Below are positions 61,128 through 64,000 of a DNA stretch of 64,000 nt, piece after piece. Numbering within the stretch: position 1 is the stretch's first letter; each line of letters starts with the position of its first letter. The DNA comes from Nitrospirota bacterium (GTDB lineage Bacteria; Nitrospirota; UBA9217), in NCBI GenBank assembly GCA_963740085.1, contig CAVUCU010000001.1, forward strand, positions 576,001 through 640,000, given 5' to 3'. The position numbers were made by a program, and so were the translations under genes. The notes beneath the pieces are model-generated. The model ran no database searches, had not been told where the DNA came from, and saw only the letters and a program-made list of their open reading frames with translations.

Positions 61128-62348
61128 ATGAATATCGCCATGATACAAGATAAGATCAAGACCGTGGACAAAAAGATCGTTTACGGCATTTCAATTATTG
61201 CGACCATCGCGGTGCTCGGAGCAGGATATATGATCTTCGGAAAAGAGAACAGCTATGCGGAGACCCCGACGGCTGAAGCGCCGATGTCCGTGGCCGCTGT
61301 CACTGTGGAACCGAGGACCATTGACTCCGAGGTAACCGCGGCCGGCGCCTTGAGCTCCAGGAACACCTCGGTGCTGTCGAGCAAGGTCATGGGCAGGGTG
61401 GTCCGCCTCAGCGTGCAGGAAGGCGATCAGGTTGCCGCAGGCAAACTATTGATGAAGATCGACAGCGGCGAGATCACGGCCCAATTGATCCAGGCCCGGG
61501 CAACGTACCACAACGCCAGGCTCCAGTATGACCGCTTCAAGAGCCTCTTTGACGCGAAGGCATCGACCCAGATGGAGATGGACCAGGCGACCCTCGGGCT
61601 GGAGAACGCGCAGGCCGGGCTGCAGGCGGCAAAGGCCATGGAAAGCTATACCATCATCACCGCGCCCATCTCAGGCCAGATCGTGGAGAAGCGCATCAAC
61701 CTGGGTGAGATGGCGCTGCCGGGCCAGCCCCTCATCAAGATCGAGGACAACAAGAACCTGAGGCTCGAAGTGACGCTCAAGGAACAGGACATCCTCTCCA
61801 TTCAGCCCGGCAATCAGGTCAAGGTCCTGATCGACGCCATGCCCGGCACGCAGATCAGCGGCAGGGTATCACAGGTGGTCCAGGCATCCGATGTGCGGAC
61901 CCATTCGTTCATCGTTAAGATCGACATCCCGGCGAACAAGGGTCTCATCACCGGCATGTACGGCAAAGCCTGCTTCACCATCGGCAAACACGAGGCCATC
62001 CTGATCCCGAAGAGCGCCCTCGTAGATATGTCCGGCATCTCGGGCGTGTACCTCGTCTCCCCCGACCGGGGCGCAGTGTTCCAGATGATACAAGTCGGCG
62101 AAGAGCACGGAAACCTCGTGGAGGTGATCTCGGGACTCAAAAAAGGCGACCAGGTTATCAGCGACAAGCACCTCGGCAGAATGGAAGGGAAAAAGGTCGT
62201 CGTGGCGCAACAGAATGTAACCGAGATGATAAATTCGAACATAGTGCATAGCGCAGAGACGCGGAGTGCAGATCCGATTAGTAAATATCGCCATGCGCCA
62301 TGCTCTGTGCCGCCGTGCACTCGTGGTAAAGGCCGAAGGTTAACATGA
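61128..62348 (+). CDS. RND efflux periplasmic adaptor (MFP)
   Basis: N-terminal TM, VQEGDQV, ITAPISG, SGLKKGD. Confidence 0.9.
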   Translation: MNIAMIQDKIKTVDKKIVYGISIIATIAVLGAGYMIFGKENSYAETPTAEAPMSVAAVTVEPRTIDSEVTAAGALSSRNTSVLSSKVMGRVVRLSVQEGDQVAAGKLLMKIDSGEITAQLIQARATYHNARLQYDRFKSLFDAKASTQMEMDQATLGLENAQAGLQAAKAMESYTIITAPISGQIVEKRINLGEMALPGQPLIKIEDNKNLRLEVTLKEQDILSIQPGNQVKVLIDAMPGTQISGRVSQVVQASDVRTHSFIVKIDIPANKGLITGMYGKACFTIGKHEAILIPKSALVDMSGISGVYLVSPDRGAVFQMIQVGEEHGNLVEVISGLKKGDQVISDKHLGRMEGKKVVVAQQNVTEMINSNIVHSAETRSADPISKYRHAPCSVPPCTRGKGRRLT

Positions 62349-64000
62349 AACTCAATATCAGCGGCAAGATAACCCAGTACTTCATCAATTCCCAGCTTAC
62401 CGTGCTGCTCATGGCGGCAACGGCCATACTCGGGCTCTTTGCCCTCATCTACACGCCCCGTGAGGAGAATCCCCAGATCGTGGTCCCTGCGGCGAACGTC
62501 ATGGTGATGATGCCGGGCTCGTCGGCCAAAGAAGTGGAAGAGCTCGTATCCAAGCGGCTCGAGTCCATTCTCTGGGAGATCCCCGGCGTAGAGGACGTCT
62601 ACTCGGTCTCCATGAACTCGATGTCCGTGGTGACCGTGAAGTTCTTCGTTGGACAGGACAAAGAGCGGTCCATGGTAAAGCTCTACGACAAGATCATGTC
62701 CCATATGGACTTTGCCCCTGCCGGGGCATCCCAGCCGCTGATAAAGCCCATTGACGTGGATGATGTGCCGATCGTTGCGATCACGCTCTCTCCGGAAGCC
62801 GGAAGCGCCTATGACGATGCGCAGCTCAGGCTCGTGGCCGACAACGTGCTCGACGAGCTCAGGAAGGTCCCCGGCGTCGGCACCACAACGATCATCGGCG
62901 GACGCAGCCGCCAGGTGCGCGTGGTCCTCGACCCGCTCCGCATCGCAGGCTACGGTCTGTCGCCGCTCCAGATCGCCGGGGCCATTACCCTTTCGAATAC
63001 CAATCTGCTTTCGGGTGAACTTGAGCAGGGCAGCAGGAAGATCACCCTCGAGACCGGAGGCTTCTTTACCAGGGCAAGTGATGTACGGAACGCCGTGGTC
63101 GGCGTTGCGAACAACAAACCCGTCTATCTCGGTGATGTTGCCGATATAACGGACGGCTTCGAAGAGACGGTGAAACTCACGCGCATCGCCTTCGGCACTC
63201 ATCATTCCACGCACACGGGCATCAAGGACAACAGCGGGGGTGCGTCAGACGAGCATCCCGCAGTGACTCTGGCACTGGCAAAACGGCAGAAGCTGAACGC
63301 TGTTAAGATCTCGGACCAGATCCTGGCAAAGCTCGATGTATTGAAAAAAACCAGCATCCCTCCGGGGATCAAGGTGACCGTTACCCGGAACGACGGCAGG
63401 ACGGCCAACAATGCGGTGAACGAGCTGGTCTTCCACCTCGCGGTCTCGATCATCGTCGTGATCATCCTGCTGTTCTTCACACTCGGCTGGCGGGAGGCTG
63501 CGATCGTGGCGCTCGCCATCCCGCTCACGCTCTTCATCACCCTTGCCATAGGCATGCTGGCGGGCCAGACCATCAACCGGATAACGCTCTTCGCGCTGAT
63601 CCTTTCCCTGGGTCTTCTGGTCGATGATGCCATCGTGGTGGTCGAGAACATCCACCGCCACTACAAGCTTCAGCAGCATTCGAGACTGCAGGGCGCGATC
63701 ATGGCCGTGAACGAGATCGGCATGCCCACGATCCTTGCGACGATAACCGTGGTGCTGGCGTTCATCCCCATGGCGTTCGTCTCGGGCATGATGGGCTCCT
63801 ACATGAAGCCGATCCCCTTTAATGTGCCCGTGGCAATGGTCACGTCTCTCTTTGTTGCCTTTATCGTGACACCCTGGGCAAGCTACCGGATCATGAAGAC
63901 CGATCATCAGGCCGCCCAACTGCCGCTGGAAGAGACAAAACTCTATAAGGGCTATAAGAAAATCCTGGGGCCGCTCCTGGAGAACCCGCGCAGGCGTAAA
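62345..64000 (+). CDS. RND efflux permease (AcrB/CzcA family), runs off window
   Basis: Manual translation MKLNISGKITQYFINSQLT...TPREENPQIVVP...LGLLVDDAIVVVENI. Confidence 0.92.
   Translation, partial: MKLNISGKITQYFINSQLTVLLMAATAILGLFALIYTPREENPQIVVPAANVMVMMPGSSAKEVEELVSKRLESILWEIPGVEDVYSVSMNSMSVVTVKFFVGQDKERSMVKLYDKIMSHMDFAPAGASQPLIKPIDVDDVPIVAITLSPEAGSAYDDAQLRLVADNVLDELRKVPGVGTTTIIGGRSRQVRVVLDPLRIAGYGLSPLQIAGAITLSNTNLLSGELEQGSRKITLETGGFFTRASDVRNAVVGVANNKPVYLGDVADITDGFEETVKLTRIAFGTHHSTHTGIKDNSGGASDEHPAVTLALAKRQKLNAVKISDQILAKLDVLKKTSIPPGIKVTVTRNDGRTANNAVNELVFHLAVSIIVVIILLFFTLGWREAAIVALAIPLTLFITLAIGMLAGQTINRITLFALILSLGLLVDDAIVVVENIHRHYKLQQHSRLQGAIMAVNEIGMPTILATITVVLAFIPMAFVSGMMGSYMKPIPFNVPVAMVTSLFVAFIVTPWASYRIMKTDHQAAQLPLEETKLYKGYKKILGPLLENPRRRK

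Noticed and set aside
1-64000. rRNA, tRNA, riboswitches, prophage or integrase
   Set aside because: None recognised by eye; a covariance-model search would be needed to exclude small ncRNAs.

Overview
A 64-kb stretch of GC-rich bacterial chromosome, probably from a sulfur-cycling Nitrospirota (Thermodesulfovibrionia-like) or related organism; the taxonomy is inferred from DsrA/DsrD style and gene content, not from a search. Housekeeping genes are mostly on the minus strand: two-subunit fumarase, mdh, proS, ispG-rseP-dxr-cdsA-uppS, GH57, cysK, recN, coaD, rsmD, cysE, ispDF and uvrC. The centrepiece (36.1-48.7 kb) is a reductive-type dissimilatory sulfite reductase cluster, dsrABD-N-orf-C-fdx-HEF-T-MKJOP-fdx. 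It combines dsrD/dsrT with a rearranged dsrH-E-F-like sulfur-relay trio and two near-identical Asp-ligand ferredoxins. A second layer is non-coding: many intergenic gaps hold inverted pairs of degenerate 7-, 8- or 9-bp tandem arrays. One heptamer pair encloses an AT-rich four-helix-bundle gene and the rest are 'empty'; several arrays have invaded the 3' ends or interiors of core genes. Also present: a 16-bp direct-repeat-bounded 3.2-kb segment (decayed RAYT-type transposase plus HD-GYP gene), a frameshifted cysteine desulfurase, an unannotated 46-aa His/Pro lipopeptide, an orphan extended MglA GTPase, and a putative sigma54-driven rhodanese-TolC-RND operon running off the right edge. No rRNA, tRNA or CRISPR array was recognised.
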